Below are positions 17,847 to 26,385 of a DNA stretch of 46,733 nt, piece after piece. Within the stretch, counting starts at the first letter, position 1; the number at the start of each line of letters is the position of its first letter. The notes beneath the pieces were generated by a model that saw nothing but the letters and a program-made list of their open reading frames with translations, was not told the origin of the DNA and made no database searches. The position numbers were made by a program, and so were the translations under genes. Source of the DNA: an uncultured Prevotella sp. (GTDB taxonomy: Bacteria; Bacillota_I; Bacilli_A; RFN20; CAG-288); contig CAVHUN010000038.1 of the NCBI GenBank assembly GCA_963639175.1, positions 1 through 46,733 of the forward strand. The letters are read 5' to 3'.

Positions 17847-17873
17847 TAATTAGATAAATATTAAGACTTTTTT
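17840..17873 (+). terminator. Intrinsic terminator of dxs
   Basis: 9-bp stem gtcttaata/tattaagac followed by T6. The stem includes the stop codon. Confidence 0.6.
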
Positions 17874-17968
17874 CATATCTAGATTTATTAAATATCAAAT
17901 AAAATATGAAAAGGCATATTTATAAGTATATGGTAAAATATTTAGGTAGTAAAAAAGGAAATTAAGGT

Positions 17969-19645
17969 ATGTTAGAATCACTTAGAATTGAAAATTTTGC
18001 CATTATTGATAAATTAGAAGTAAATTTTACTAAAGGATTAAATGTTATAGTTGGTCAAACTGGGGCAGGTAAAACAATTATAATTGAAGCGCTAGGGTTA
18101 ATATGTGGAACTAGAGCTGAGTTTTCTAAGCTTAAAGATGAGACTAAAAAGGCTGTAGTTGAGGCTAATTTTATCTTAGATGAGTCATTTATTAATTCTC
18201 ATCCATATTTAAAAGATTACATCAATGAAGATAATTCGTTAATTATAAGTAGAATCTTAACTCCTTCTAAGCAAGCTCAAGTAAGAATAAATGGGGAATT
18301 AGCTAACCTCAATTTATTAAAAAAGCTTTCAGCTAATTTAATTGACATCTTTTCTCAAGGTGATTCATCTTATTTACTTAATCCAAATACTCAATTAGAG
18401 CTATTAGATAACTATTTAGAAGATATTAAGTTAGTTAAAGATGAATTTAAAAAAGAATATTCTGCTTTAGAAGATTTAAATACTAAAATTGAGGACTTTA
18501 AAAAGTCTATCAACTTAGATATGAAAGACTTTTATAAATATCAAATAGATGAAATTGAATCATATAAGCTAAAAGAGAATGAAATTGAAGACTTAAATAC
18601 TCAAAAAGAGGAACTAGGTAAATACGATCAAACTCAATCCGCCTTTAAAGAGTTTTCTTCATCTTATTATATAAATGACTCAATTGATGCAAATGACTTC
18701 TTAAATAGGCTACAATCCGCTTTAAATGGCTTAAAAGACTCTTTATTAGAAACTCAAGCTAATAAAGCTAGTGAAGATATCTATTCTTTACAAGATAGTT
18801 TACAAGAAATATTTGAAAGTTATGATAATCTAGACTTTTCATCTGCTAAACTAGATGCAATTAATCAAAGACTATTTGATTTAACTACTTTACAAAGAAA
18901 ATACGGTAAACAAACAAGTCAAATTCTATCTACATTAGCTTCTTTAAAATCTAAACATGAGAATATAATTAACTTTGATCATGACTTAGAAGTCTTAGAA
19001 AGCCAAAAACAAGCCATTCTAGCTAAATTAAATGAGTTAGCTATAAAATTATCATCTTTAAGAAAAAAGGCTGCTATAAGCCTTAAAAATGATGTTAATA
19101 AGCAATTAGCCTCATTAGAATTAGCTGATGGTGGGTTTGAAATTGAATTTACAAGCCAAGAATTAACTTCTACAGGTATAGATAAAATTGAATTTGTAGT
19201 GAATATGAATAACAAAGGGAAATATCTCCCATTAAAACAAGTCTTATCAGGAGGGGAAAATTCCAGATTGAACTTAGCCTTAAAGAGCGTATTTAATAAC
19301 GCTTCAATTTCAGATACTTTAGTCTTTGATGAAATTGATTCTGGTATTTCAGGAAATATAGGCTACAAAGCCGGTCTAAAAATGGTAGAGATATCTAAAA
19401 AGAGCATGGTAATTGTTATTACTCATCTAGGCCAAGTCCTTTCTTTAGCCGATAACGCCTATTTAGTTTATAAGCAAAAGGGAAGTAAAGATGATGTTTG
19501 TTCAAATATCAAACAGCTTAATGAAGATGAAATTATCTACCAAATTGGAGCTATCAATTCTTCAAGTCTAGACGTCTCATCTAACTCATTATCTCTAGCT
19601 AAAGAAATAAGAGAGAAGGCAATTTTAGATAAAAAGAACATCTAA
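17969..19645 (+). CDS. recN: DNA repair protein RecN
   Basis: Walker A GQTGAGKT, long coiled coil, LSGGE signature. Confidence 0.93.
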   Translation: MLESLRIENFAIIDKLEVNFTKGLNVIVGQTGAGKTIIIEALGLICGTRAEFSKLKDETKKAVVEANFILDESFINSHPYLKDYINEDNSLIISRILTPSKQAQVRINGELANLNLLKKLSANLIDIFSQGDSSYLLNPNTQLELLDNYLEDIKLVKDEFKKEYSALEDLNTKIEDFKKSINLDMKDFYKYQIDEIESYKLKENEIEDLNTQKEELGKYDQTQSAFKEFSSSYYINDSIDANDFLNRLQSALNGLKDSLLETQANKASEDIYSLQDSLQEIFESYDNLDFSSAKLDAINQRLFDLTTLQRKYGKQTSQILSTLASLKSKHENIINFDHDLEVLESQKQAILAKLNELAIKLSSLRKKAAISLKNDVNKQLASLELADGGFEIEFTSQELTSTGIDKIEFVVNMNNKGKYLPLKQVLSGGENSRLNLALKSVFNNASISDTLVFDEIDSGISGNIGYKAGLKMVEISKKSMVIVITHLGQVLSLADNAYLVYKQKGSKDDVCSNIKQLNEDEIIYQIGAINSSSLDVSSNSLSLAKEIREKAILDKKNI

Positions 19646-19686
19646 AATAACTGTGAAACAACTAAAAATATACTAAATAACTACTA
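19643..19686 (-). repeat. Phased TAGT array E (3-4 x 11 nt, inverted, weaker)
   Basis: Minus strand reads tagtagttatt tagtatatttt tagttgtttca cagttatttta. Confidence 0.5.
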
Positions 19687-19709
19687 AATGAATAAAAAGA
19701 CCTGATTTT

Positions 19710-20888
19710 ATGAAAAATATAGTCCATATTGACCTAAATGCCTTTTTTGCTCAATGTGAAGAAAATTGTAATCCAAAATTAAAAAACCTCCCTATTTGTA
19801 TTGGCTATGATGGAAAACGAGGAGTTGTTTCAACTGCTAATTATGTAGCTAGAAAATACGGAGTTAATTCTGCTATGCCAATTTATAAAGCTAAACAACT
19901 TTGCAAAGATTTAATTATTATAAATGGCAGGTATGATCTCTATTCTAAAGTCTCTTCTAACTTCATGTCTTTTTTAAAATCTAAGTATGAGTCAGTTGAA
20001 ATAGCAAGTATAGATGAAGCCTATATTGATATGACTTCATATTTTAATAAAGATAATGCCTACTCATATTTATTAGATCTTCAACTTGAAATCTATAAAA
20101 AGCTCTCCTTAAAGTGTTCGATTGGTTATTCTTACAACAAGTTTTTAGCTAAGATGTCTTCTGATTTAGTAAAGCCTATGGGGCTTACTATCTGTTTAGA
20201 TGATGATTATAAGAAACTATTTTGGAATTTAGACATTTCTAAGATGTATGGAATTGGAAAAAAGACCACTCCTAAATTAAAACAAGTAAATATAAATACT
20301 ATTAAAGACCTCGCATTAGCTAAAAAGGAAATAGTAGAACCAATTTTAGGTAGTTCAACTTCTATTTTAATTAATTGGGCTAATGGAATAGGAGATGATA
20401 AGCTAGTAACATCTCCTTTTGATCCTAAATCTATTTCTAATATGACTACTTTAAAAGAAAATACTAACGATATAGAAATATTAGCTGATATGTTAAAACA
20501 ACTCACCTATAATTGCATAGAACAGCTTAATTCTTATTCTAAAAAAGCTAATAGAGTAGTAGTTAGTTTGCGTGATTCTTCTTTTAAGACTAAATCTAAA
20601 GGGGTAAGTATCCCACCTTCATCTTCTTATGAGACAATTTGTTCAGCCGCAATTAATCTTTTATATGATTTTTATAAAGGGGAAGAAGAAATTAGATTAA
20701 TAGGTATATCTTTAGATAATATAGTCTCTAAAAAGGATATTCAGACTATCACTTTATTTAATCAAGATTCTCATAAAGATTTAACTTCTTATAAATCAAA
20801 GGCTATAATAGAACAAATAAATAAGAGTTTAAGTAAGCCAAGTTTAATAACATTAAAAGACTATATGGAGAAAAAAGATGAAAATTAG
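19710..20888 (+). CDS. dinB: DNA polymerase IV (Y-family)
   Basis: HIDLNAFFAQCE and SIDEAYIDMT motifs. Confidence 0.9.
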   Translation: MKNIVHIDLNAFFAQCEENCNPKLKNLPICIGYDGKRGVVSTANYVARKYGVNSAMPIYKAKQLCKDLIIINGRYDLYSKVSSNFMSFLKSKYESVEIASIDEAYIDMTSYFNKDNAYSYLLDLQLEIYKKLSLKCSIGYSYNKFLAKMSSDLVKPMGLTICLDDDYKKLFWNLDISKMYGIGKKTTPKLKQVNINTIKDLALAKKEIVEPILGSSTSILINWANGIGDDKLVTSPFDPKSISNMTTLKENTNDIEILADMLKQLTYNCIEQLNSYSKKANRVVVSLRDSSFKTKSKGVSIPPSSSYETICSAAINLLYDFYKGEEEIRLIGISLDNIVSKKDIQTITLFNQDSHKDLTSYKSKAIIEQINKSLSKPSLITLKDYMEKKDEN

Positions 20889-21756
20889 TCAAGTTCAAGA
20901 TGAATTTCTTTCTTATCTAGCTGTTGAAAAAGGGGATTTAAAAAATACTATCTCCTCTTATGAACTAGATTTAGCTAGTTTTATTAAATTTACTAACGAT
21001 ATAGATATCTCATTATTAACTAAAAAGACCCTTGATGATTATGTAATGTATCTTTCTAATAGGTTATTAGCTACTGCTAGTGTAATTAGAATGGCTACTA
21101 CAATTAGAAGCTTTTACACCTATTTAAATAGAAATAACTTGATTAATGTCTCCTTAAATGGCTTTTATTTACCAAAAATGGAAAAAATGCTACCTGATGT
21201 CCTTTCTTTTGAAGAAGTAGAAGCCTTATTAGATGCCCCTGATATTACTAAACCATATCAAGCTAGAGATAAAGCCATGTTAGAAACTTTATATGCTTCT
21301 GGATTAAGAGTTTCTGAATTAGTTAACTTAGAAAAAGGGAACATCAACTTTTTAAATCAATATTTAACAATAACTGGTAAAGGAAATAAACAAAGAATAG
21401 TCCCTTTAGGAGAATTTGCTATTTATTATATTAAATATTATGTAGAGACCTTTAGAAAGTACAATAAAGGGGCTAAAACAAAGTATTTATTCTTAAATAA
21501 GGATGGACTCCCACTTTCAAGAATATATTTTTATAAGCAAGTGAAAAAATACGCTACTAAAGCCAATATATCTATTGAGATATCGCCTCATACTTTACGC
21601 CACTCATTTGCTACTCATTTACTTGAAAATGGGGCAAATTTAAAACAAGTTCAACTTATGTTAGGCCATTCTAAAATTGAGACTACTCAAATATATACTC
21701 ATGTCTCTTCTAAGCGCATATTATCGGCTTATGATAAATATATGAATAATAAATGA
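20878..21756 (+). CDS. xerD: Tyrosine recombinase XerD (XerC/D family)
   Basis: RHSFATHLLENGANLKQVQLMLGHSKIETTQIYTHV. Adjacent to deoB as in Bacillus. Overlaps dinB by 11 nt. Confidence 0.85.
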   Translation: MKISQVQDEFLSYLAVEKGDLKNTISSYELDLASFIKFTNDIDISLLTKKTLDDYVMYLSNRLLATASVIRMATTIRSFYTYLNRNNLINVSLNGFYLPKMEKMLPDVLSFEEVEALLDAPDITKPYQARDKAMLETLYASGLRVSELVNLEKGNINFLNQYLTITGKGNKQRIVPLGEFAIYYIKYYVETFRKYNKGAKTKYLFLNKDGLPLSRIYFYKQVKKYATKANISIEISPHTLRHSFATHLLENGANLKQVQLMLGHSKIETTQIYTHVSSKRILSAYDKYMNNK

Positions 21757-21822
21757 GTAAATTAAGACTAGAACAAAAAATGAATTGATATAATATTAAC
21801 GAAAGGAAATTAATTTAATTAT

Positions 21823-23025
21823 ATGGCATTAAAATACAAAAAATATAAACGTGTTTTCTTAATAATATGTGACTCACTTGGAATTGGAAAAGACCCAACC
21901 CAAGCTGATTATAACGATTTAGGGGCAAACACTTATCTTCATATCGCTCAAAAAATGGGTGGATTAAATATTCCAACAATCAACAGTTTAGGAATTAACG
22001 ATTTAGAAGATATTCCAGGAACTAGTAAAGTAAGTCATCCTCATTCATATGTAACTACTTGTTTAGAATCTTCAAAAGGTAAAGATACTATGACTGGACA
22101 CTGGGAAATGATGGGTGTATATACTTCTAAACCATTTAAGACATTTACTGATACTGGCTTTCCAAAAGAACTGATTGATGAATTAGAAGAGAAGTTTGGA
22201 AGAAAGATAATTGGAAATTACGCCGCTAGTGGAACTGAAATTATTAAAGATTTAGGCCCTCAACAGCTAAAAGATGGTTCTTTAATTGTTTATACTTCTT
22301 CAGATTCAGTCTTACAAATAGCTGCAAATACTGCAATTGTACCTTTACAAGAGTTATATAGAGATTGTCAAATAGCTAGAGACATCTGCAATAGACCTGA
22401 ATATAAATTAGGTAGAATCATTGCTAGACCATATATTGGAACTGATCCTTCTAATTTTAAAAGAACAGCTGATAGATATGATTATGCATTAAAACCACCT
22501 TATGATACTATGATGGATCAATTAAAAGAGAATGGTTATATGACTAGCTGTGTTGGAAAAATAGCTAATATCTTTGATCAACAAGGCGTAACAAAAACAG
22601 TTCACACAGTTTCAGATGAAGATGGCATGAATATTACTACTAAATATGTTCAAGAAGATGATTTTACAGGGATGTGCTTTGTAAACTTAGTAGAATTTGA
22701 TTCTGAATATGGTCATAGAAGAAATCCTATCGGTTATGGTAATCATATTCAAGACTTTGATAGATGGTTAAAAGTCTTAATGGATAACCTTAAAGAAGAT
22801 GATTTGTTATTAGTTAGTGCTGATCATGGTAATGATCCTACTTGGAGCGGAACTGATCATACAAAAGAAAGAGTTCCTTTATTTATCTATTCAAAATTAA
22901 TTAAAGATGGCAAACAAATTCCTCAAAGACATTCTTTTGGTGATATAGGCGCTACAATCTTAGATAATTTCTACATCAAAAAGAACGACAACTTAATTGG
23001 TGAATCTATTAAAGAAGTCTTCTAA
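21823..23025 (+). CDS. deoB: Phosphopentomutase
   Basis: 400 aa; CDSLGIG and SADHGNDPT motifs. Confidence 0.95.
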   Translation: MALKYKKYKRVFLIICDSLGIGKDPTQADYNDLGANTYLHIAQKMGGLNIPTINSLGINDLEDIPGTSKVSHPHSYVTTCLESSKGKDTMTGHWEMMGVYTSKPFKTFTDTGFPKELIDELEEKFGRKIIGNYAASGTEIIKDLGPQQLKDGSLIVYTSSDSVLQIAANTAIVPLQELYRDCQIARDICNRPEYKLGRIIARPYIGTDPSNFKRTADRYDYALKPPYDTMMDQLKENGYMTSCVGKIANIFDQQGVTKTVHTVSDEDGMNITTKYVQEDDFTGMCFVNLVEFDSEYGHRRNPIGYGNHIQDFDRWLKVLMDNLKEDDLLLVSADHGNDPTWSGTDHTKERVPLFIYSKLIKDGKQIPQRHSFGDIGATILDNFYIKKNDNLIGESIKEVF

Positions 23026-23037
23026 ATTAACTATAAA

Positions 23038-23067
23038 GTCACATATTAAGCAAATATGTGGCTTTTT
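23038..23067 (+). terminator. Intrinsic terminator of deoB
   Basis: 10-bp stem gtcacatatt/aatatgtggc followed by T5. Confidence 0.7.
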
Positions 23068-23114
23068 AAAATGAGTAAATATTATAATTTAGAAGGTCAT
23101 AAAAGAGGGAAAAT

Positions 23115-24149
23115 ATGAATATTAAGAAAATATCTTTACTTAGTTTAACTTGCTTAAGCTTATTAATTAGCTGTACACCTATATCATCTTCTTCAAGTTC
23201 AAGTAAGGTAAATAAGCTTAATTTCAAGGTTTTAAGCCCATTAGGCGCTCCTTCAATTATTTATTCTAGTTTTATTAAAGACAGCAAAGAAAATGTCAGC
23301 ATAGTCCAAGCAAACACTATGGCTAGTAATATAGTTTCTTTAAAATATGATGCTTTTATTTTCGATTTAGCAAATGGGATAAACTTAATTAAAAATAACA
23401 ACTTAGATTATAAATTAGTAACTCCTATAACTATTGGGAATTGCTATGTAGTAGCTACTGGTAATGATGTAGATAAAACAATTTCAAATGATGATAATAT
23501 CGTCTCTTTTGGAAAGTCAGCTACCTTTACTAAAATATTTGAAAAAATACACAATGTAAAAGTAAAAAGTGAAGTAGATAGCGTTAGTTTAACCCCACCT
23601 ATAGTAAAAACAGGTAAATACAATGGGGAAGATGTAGATTATGTATTAGTAGCTGAACCAGTTCTAACTAATATATTTTCTTCTAAAAGTGAGAATGATA
23701 AATACTATTTAGAAGAGAATTTAACTACTTCTTGGGCTTCTTATTCTAAAAATCTAGGCTTAAATGATCTTAAAGGCTACACAGGCTTTATTCAAGCTGG
23801 TTTATTTATATCTTCTAAATTAGAAAAGGAAGAATATAAAGATGATGTTACTTACTTTTTAGATAATATTAAATTAGCTGTAGCAGATATTAAATCAAAC
23901 GATGCTAACTTAGTCTTAAATGATATCAATGAATTAATAGAAGACAATATTATAAGCGATGATTATTTTGGAGTTAGTAGTTCTATATTAAATAAAGTCT
24001 TAAATAAATTTACTAATCCAAATAAAGTAATTAATCCATTTGGCTTTAATTATGGAGGATTTGATGTAAATAAGTTTATAAAAGAAGCTAATATTGATAA
24101 CTTAAGTCAAATACCAGATAATTTATTTTCAAAATTCTATTCTTATTAA
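23115..24149 (+). CDS. ABC transporter substrate-binding lipoprotein (NitT/TauT/ThiY-like?)
   Basis: Lipobox LLISC at residues 15-19. Type-2 periplasmic-binding-protein-like layout. Followed by a permease gene. Confidence 0.6.
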   Translation: MNIKKISLLSLTCLSLLISCTPISSSSSSSKVNKLNFKVLSPLGAPSIIYSSFIKDSKENVSIVQANTMASNIVSLKYDAFIFDLANGINLIKNNNLDYKLVTPITIGNCYVVATGNDVDKTISNDDNIVSFGKSATFTKIFEKIHNVKVKSEVDSVSLTPPIVKTGKYNGEDVDYVLVAEPVLTNIFSSKSENDKYYLEENLTTSWASYSKNLGLNDLKGYTGFIQAGLFISSKLEKEEYKDDVTYFLDNIKLAVADIKSNDANLVLNDINELIEDNIISDDYFGVSSSILNKVLNKFTNPNKVINPFGFNYGGFDVNKFIKEANIDNLSQIPDNLFSKFYSY

Positions 24150-24225
24150 TATAAATACACTAATATAAGCTCTTAAAAAGGGAAATAAAGCCTTTTAAAG
24201 ACATATAGAGTATAATAAAAACGAT

Positions 24226-25023
24226 ATGAAGCTAATTGATAAAATAATACATACTAAGCCGTTTTATATAATTATTGGAATTATCTTAATGATAATTATA
24301 TGGGAGATAATTAGCTTATCTTCTAGCCAATTTGTCTTTCCTGAATTCTTTTTAACATTAAAAAACACCTTTTACTTATTAAAAGAGAAAGAAGTACTTA
24401 TAAGTCTAGGTTTATCCTTATTAAGAATATTAATAACATTAATAATTAGTTTAATAGCAGGGTATTTACTAGGAACTATAGCTGGATTTATTCCGCTACT
24501 AGGGGAAATACTAAAACCAACTATTTATATACTGACTTGTTTTCCAACAGCTTGTTTAATTTACATACTTATTATTTATACAAACTTAACTTGTTATGTC
24601 TTAGTAGGAATATTGACCTTTCCTTTAATTTATAAAGCAAGTTATATAGGCGCTAGTTCAATTACAGCAAAATATGAGATGACACTTAGATTAGATGGAC
24701 GCTATAAATTAAATAACTTATTTAAAGTAGTATTTCCATTAAACATCCCTTATTTATATCTAGGATTATTTCAAACTAGTGGACTAGCCTTAAAAGGTGA
24801 AATAATGGGGGAAGTATTTATGGGAGATACTTCATATAAAGGAATAGGTGTATTAATTAAAAAAGCTGCTAACCAAGACTACAACATTAATAATTTATTT
24901 AGTCTAACTTTACTTGCTATTATCACTATGGCGCTAGTTGACTTACTCATATATTTAATTAAGAGTAGGGTATATAGAAAATACAATTTAAAAGAAGTAA
25001 GCCTATATAAGACTTGTTTCTAG
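24226..25023 (+). CDS. ABC transporter permease (BPD/TauC-ThiX-like)
   Basis: Six predicted TM helices. Degenerate EAA loop YEMTLRLDGRYKLNNLFKVVFPLNIPYL. Confidence 0.75.
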   Translation: MKLIDKIIHTKPFYIIIGIILMIIIWEIISLSSSQFVFPEFFLTLKNTFYLLKEKEVLISLGLSLLRILITLIISLIAGYLLGTIAGFIPLLGEILKPTIYILTCFPTACLIYILIIYTNLTCYVLVGILTFPLIYKASYIGASSITAKYEMTLRLDGRYKLNNLFKVVFPLNIPYLYLGLFQTSGLALKGEIMGEVFMGDTSYKGIGVLIKKAANQDYNINNLFSLTLLAIITMALVDLLIYLIKSRVYRKYNLKEVSLYKTCF

Positions 25024-25043
25024 AAATCATTATTCATACAATC

Positions 25044-25087
25044 TAGTAAATATCTAGTAGTAATTTAGTAATAATTTAGTGTGGATA
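25044..25087 (+). repeat. Phased TAGT array B (4 x 11 nt)
   Basis: Units are tagtaaatatc tagtagtaatt tagtaataatt tagtgtggata. The last unit runs into a DnaA box. Confidence 0.8.
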
Positions 25088-25088
25088 A
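25080..25088. promoter_or_regulatory. Perfect DnaA-box 9-mer
   Basis: TGTGGATAA is the complement of TTATCCACA. Confidence 0.35.
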
Positions 25089-25138
25089 CTAACTAAAATT
25101 CATCATATTCTAGGTGGATAAGTTTAGTTATCTTTTTT
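25084..25138 (+). terminator. Possible terminator of the ABC operon (large loop)
   Basis: gataactaa (25084-25092) pairs with ttagttatc (25124-25132), followed by T6. The 31-nt loop makes this uncertain. Confidence 0.35.
25113..25121. promoter_or_regulatory. 8/9 DnaA-box-like 9-mer, same orientation, 33 nt from the first
   Basis: GGTGGATAA is the complement of TTATCCACC. Confidence 0.25.
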
Positions 25139-25260
25139 ATTGTAAGTTGATAAAAAGCCTATATTAAGCCATTTTTTAATATTTTGGTTAACATAATAGA
25201 GATTATACGAAGTAGATATATAATAAGAAAGTAGAGTATTTACCCACTTTTTTTAAATTT

Positions 25261-25299
25261 AAAAAGCTGCTAACTGGTTTTATTACTAATTTAGCAGCT
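25261..25299 (-). terminator. Terminator of the yqeG...mtnN operon
   Basis: agctgctaa/ttagcagct 9-bp stem, followed on the minus strand by a T run. Confidence 0.55.
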
Positions 25300-25313
25300 A
25301 TATTACCTTTATA

Positions 25314-26018
25314 TTAGTTATTTAATATGTAATGTAACATCTTACTAGCTTGTAATGAAGATAGCTCTTCAAAGTTATTATACATACTAGCTTGAGATGA
25401 ATTAGATGTTTGATATATACAATCAGAGATACTTCTAATTACATTAAATGGTATATGCATTCTATTACAAATTTGACCAACAGCAGCTGATTCCATATCT
25501 ACACAAATTGGATTATCAAATTCAGCTAATAAACTAGGTGTCATTAAAGAGCTAGTTGCAAACTGATCACCAGTTATTATTAAGCCTTTATATAATTTAG
25601 AATCTTTTAAATCGAGTTTGAAATTATCTAATTTAGAGATGATCTTTTTATCAGCTTCAAAATACAAATCACAGCCTGGAAGTTGACCAAGTTTATATTT
25701 ACCAAATACACGTACATCTACATCGTGATAGCATACTTTTGTTGCTATAGCTATATCTAGTGGTTTCATATCTTTTAATAATCCTCCACCTACTCCTAAA
25801 CATATCACATGGTCTATTTTCATAATTGAATCTAAATATGCTAAATCAAATCCCATATTTGTTTTACCTATACTTGCTTCAAAAGCAAATACGTGACCCA
25901 TTTTAGATTCAAATGAATAGCCTATGATGTATTTATATTCTTCTTTTATTGGATTAGATGCTAATTTAATAACAGCCTCTAATTCAACTTTCATTGGGCA
26001 TATAACAACAATGTTCAT
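25314..26018 (-). CDS. mtnN: 5'-methylthioadenosine/S-adenosylhomocysteine nucleosidase
   Basis: 234 aa; CVDMESAAVGQIC and SISD motifs. Confidence 0.9.
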   Translation of the reverse strand: MNIVVICPMKVELEAVIKLASNPIKEEYKYIIGYSFESKMGHVFAFEASIGKTNMGFDLAYLDSIMKIDHVICLGVGGGLLKDMKPLDIAIATKVCYHDVDVRVFGKYKLGQLPGCDLYFEADKKIISKLDNFKLDLKDSKLYKGLIITGDQFATSSLMTPSLLAEFDNPICVDMESAAVGQICNRMHIPFNVIRSISDCIYQTSNSSQASMYNNFEELSSLQASKMLHYILNN

Positions 26019-26020
26019 AT

Positions 26021-26383
26021 TTAGTTATTTCCCTTTTTATAAGTTGAAAAATCGATAACAGGACAATCTTGATATAAATAATCTAATCTGTATTTTTCTC
26101 TAGCATCGCTTGTTAAAACATGAATGACAATATCATTAACATCAATGACAATCCAAGATTCAGATTTCCCTTCAACATGGTTGATACTAGCATTTGATTT
26201 ATCAATTATTTCTAAGGCTTGTTCTTTTAAACCGTTTAACTTTCTTGAATTTGAGGCACTTACAAAGATATAAAATCTTGCAAGAGGTGTCTTAGAAGAG
26301 ACATCGATTAATTTGACATCTTCACCTTTATGAAAGTCAAGATTATAGGCTAATTTCTTAGCTAGTCTTTTTGCTTGATACAT
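26021..26383 (-). CDS. rsfS: Ribosomal silencing factor RsfS (iojap)
   Basis: 120 aa; ARFYIFVSASNSRKL...EGKSESWIVIDVNDIVIHV pattern. Follows yqeK. Confidence 0.9.
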   Translation of the reverse strand: MYQAKRLAKKLAYNLDFHKGEDVKLIDVSSKTPLARFYIFVSASNSRKLNGLKEQALEIIDKSNASINHVEGKSESWIVIDVNDIVIHVLTSDAREKYRLDYLYQDCPVIDFSTYKKGNN

Positions 26384-26385
26384 TT

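Noticed and set aside
20878-21756. xerD as an integrase marking a mobile element.
   Set aside because: It has full XerC/D-type catalytic motifs and housekeeping synteny with deoB. No att-like repeats or cargo genes flank it.
21754-21756. Mycoplasma-type code 4 (TGA read as Trp).
   Set aside because: TGA terminates xerD at the homologous C-terminus. All conserved proteins are full length under the standard code, with Trp encoded by TGG.
25207-25234. Bacillus-type dif (ACTTCCTAGAATATATATTATGTAAACT) resemblance in acgaagtagatatataataagaaagtag; also an ATATTCTAGG half-site at 25105-25114.
   Set aside because: The hand alignment gives only about 11/28 identities for the first. The second lacks any XerD arm.
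25024-25313. Chromosomal replication origin, considered because of DnaA boxes plus AT-rich repeats.
   Set aside because: The flanking gene blocks converge on this region, which is terminus-like, rather than diverging from it. No dnaA or dnaN is nearby, and there are only two boxes. Kept only as a DnaA-box/array curiosity.
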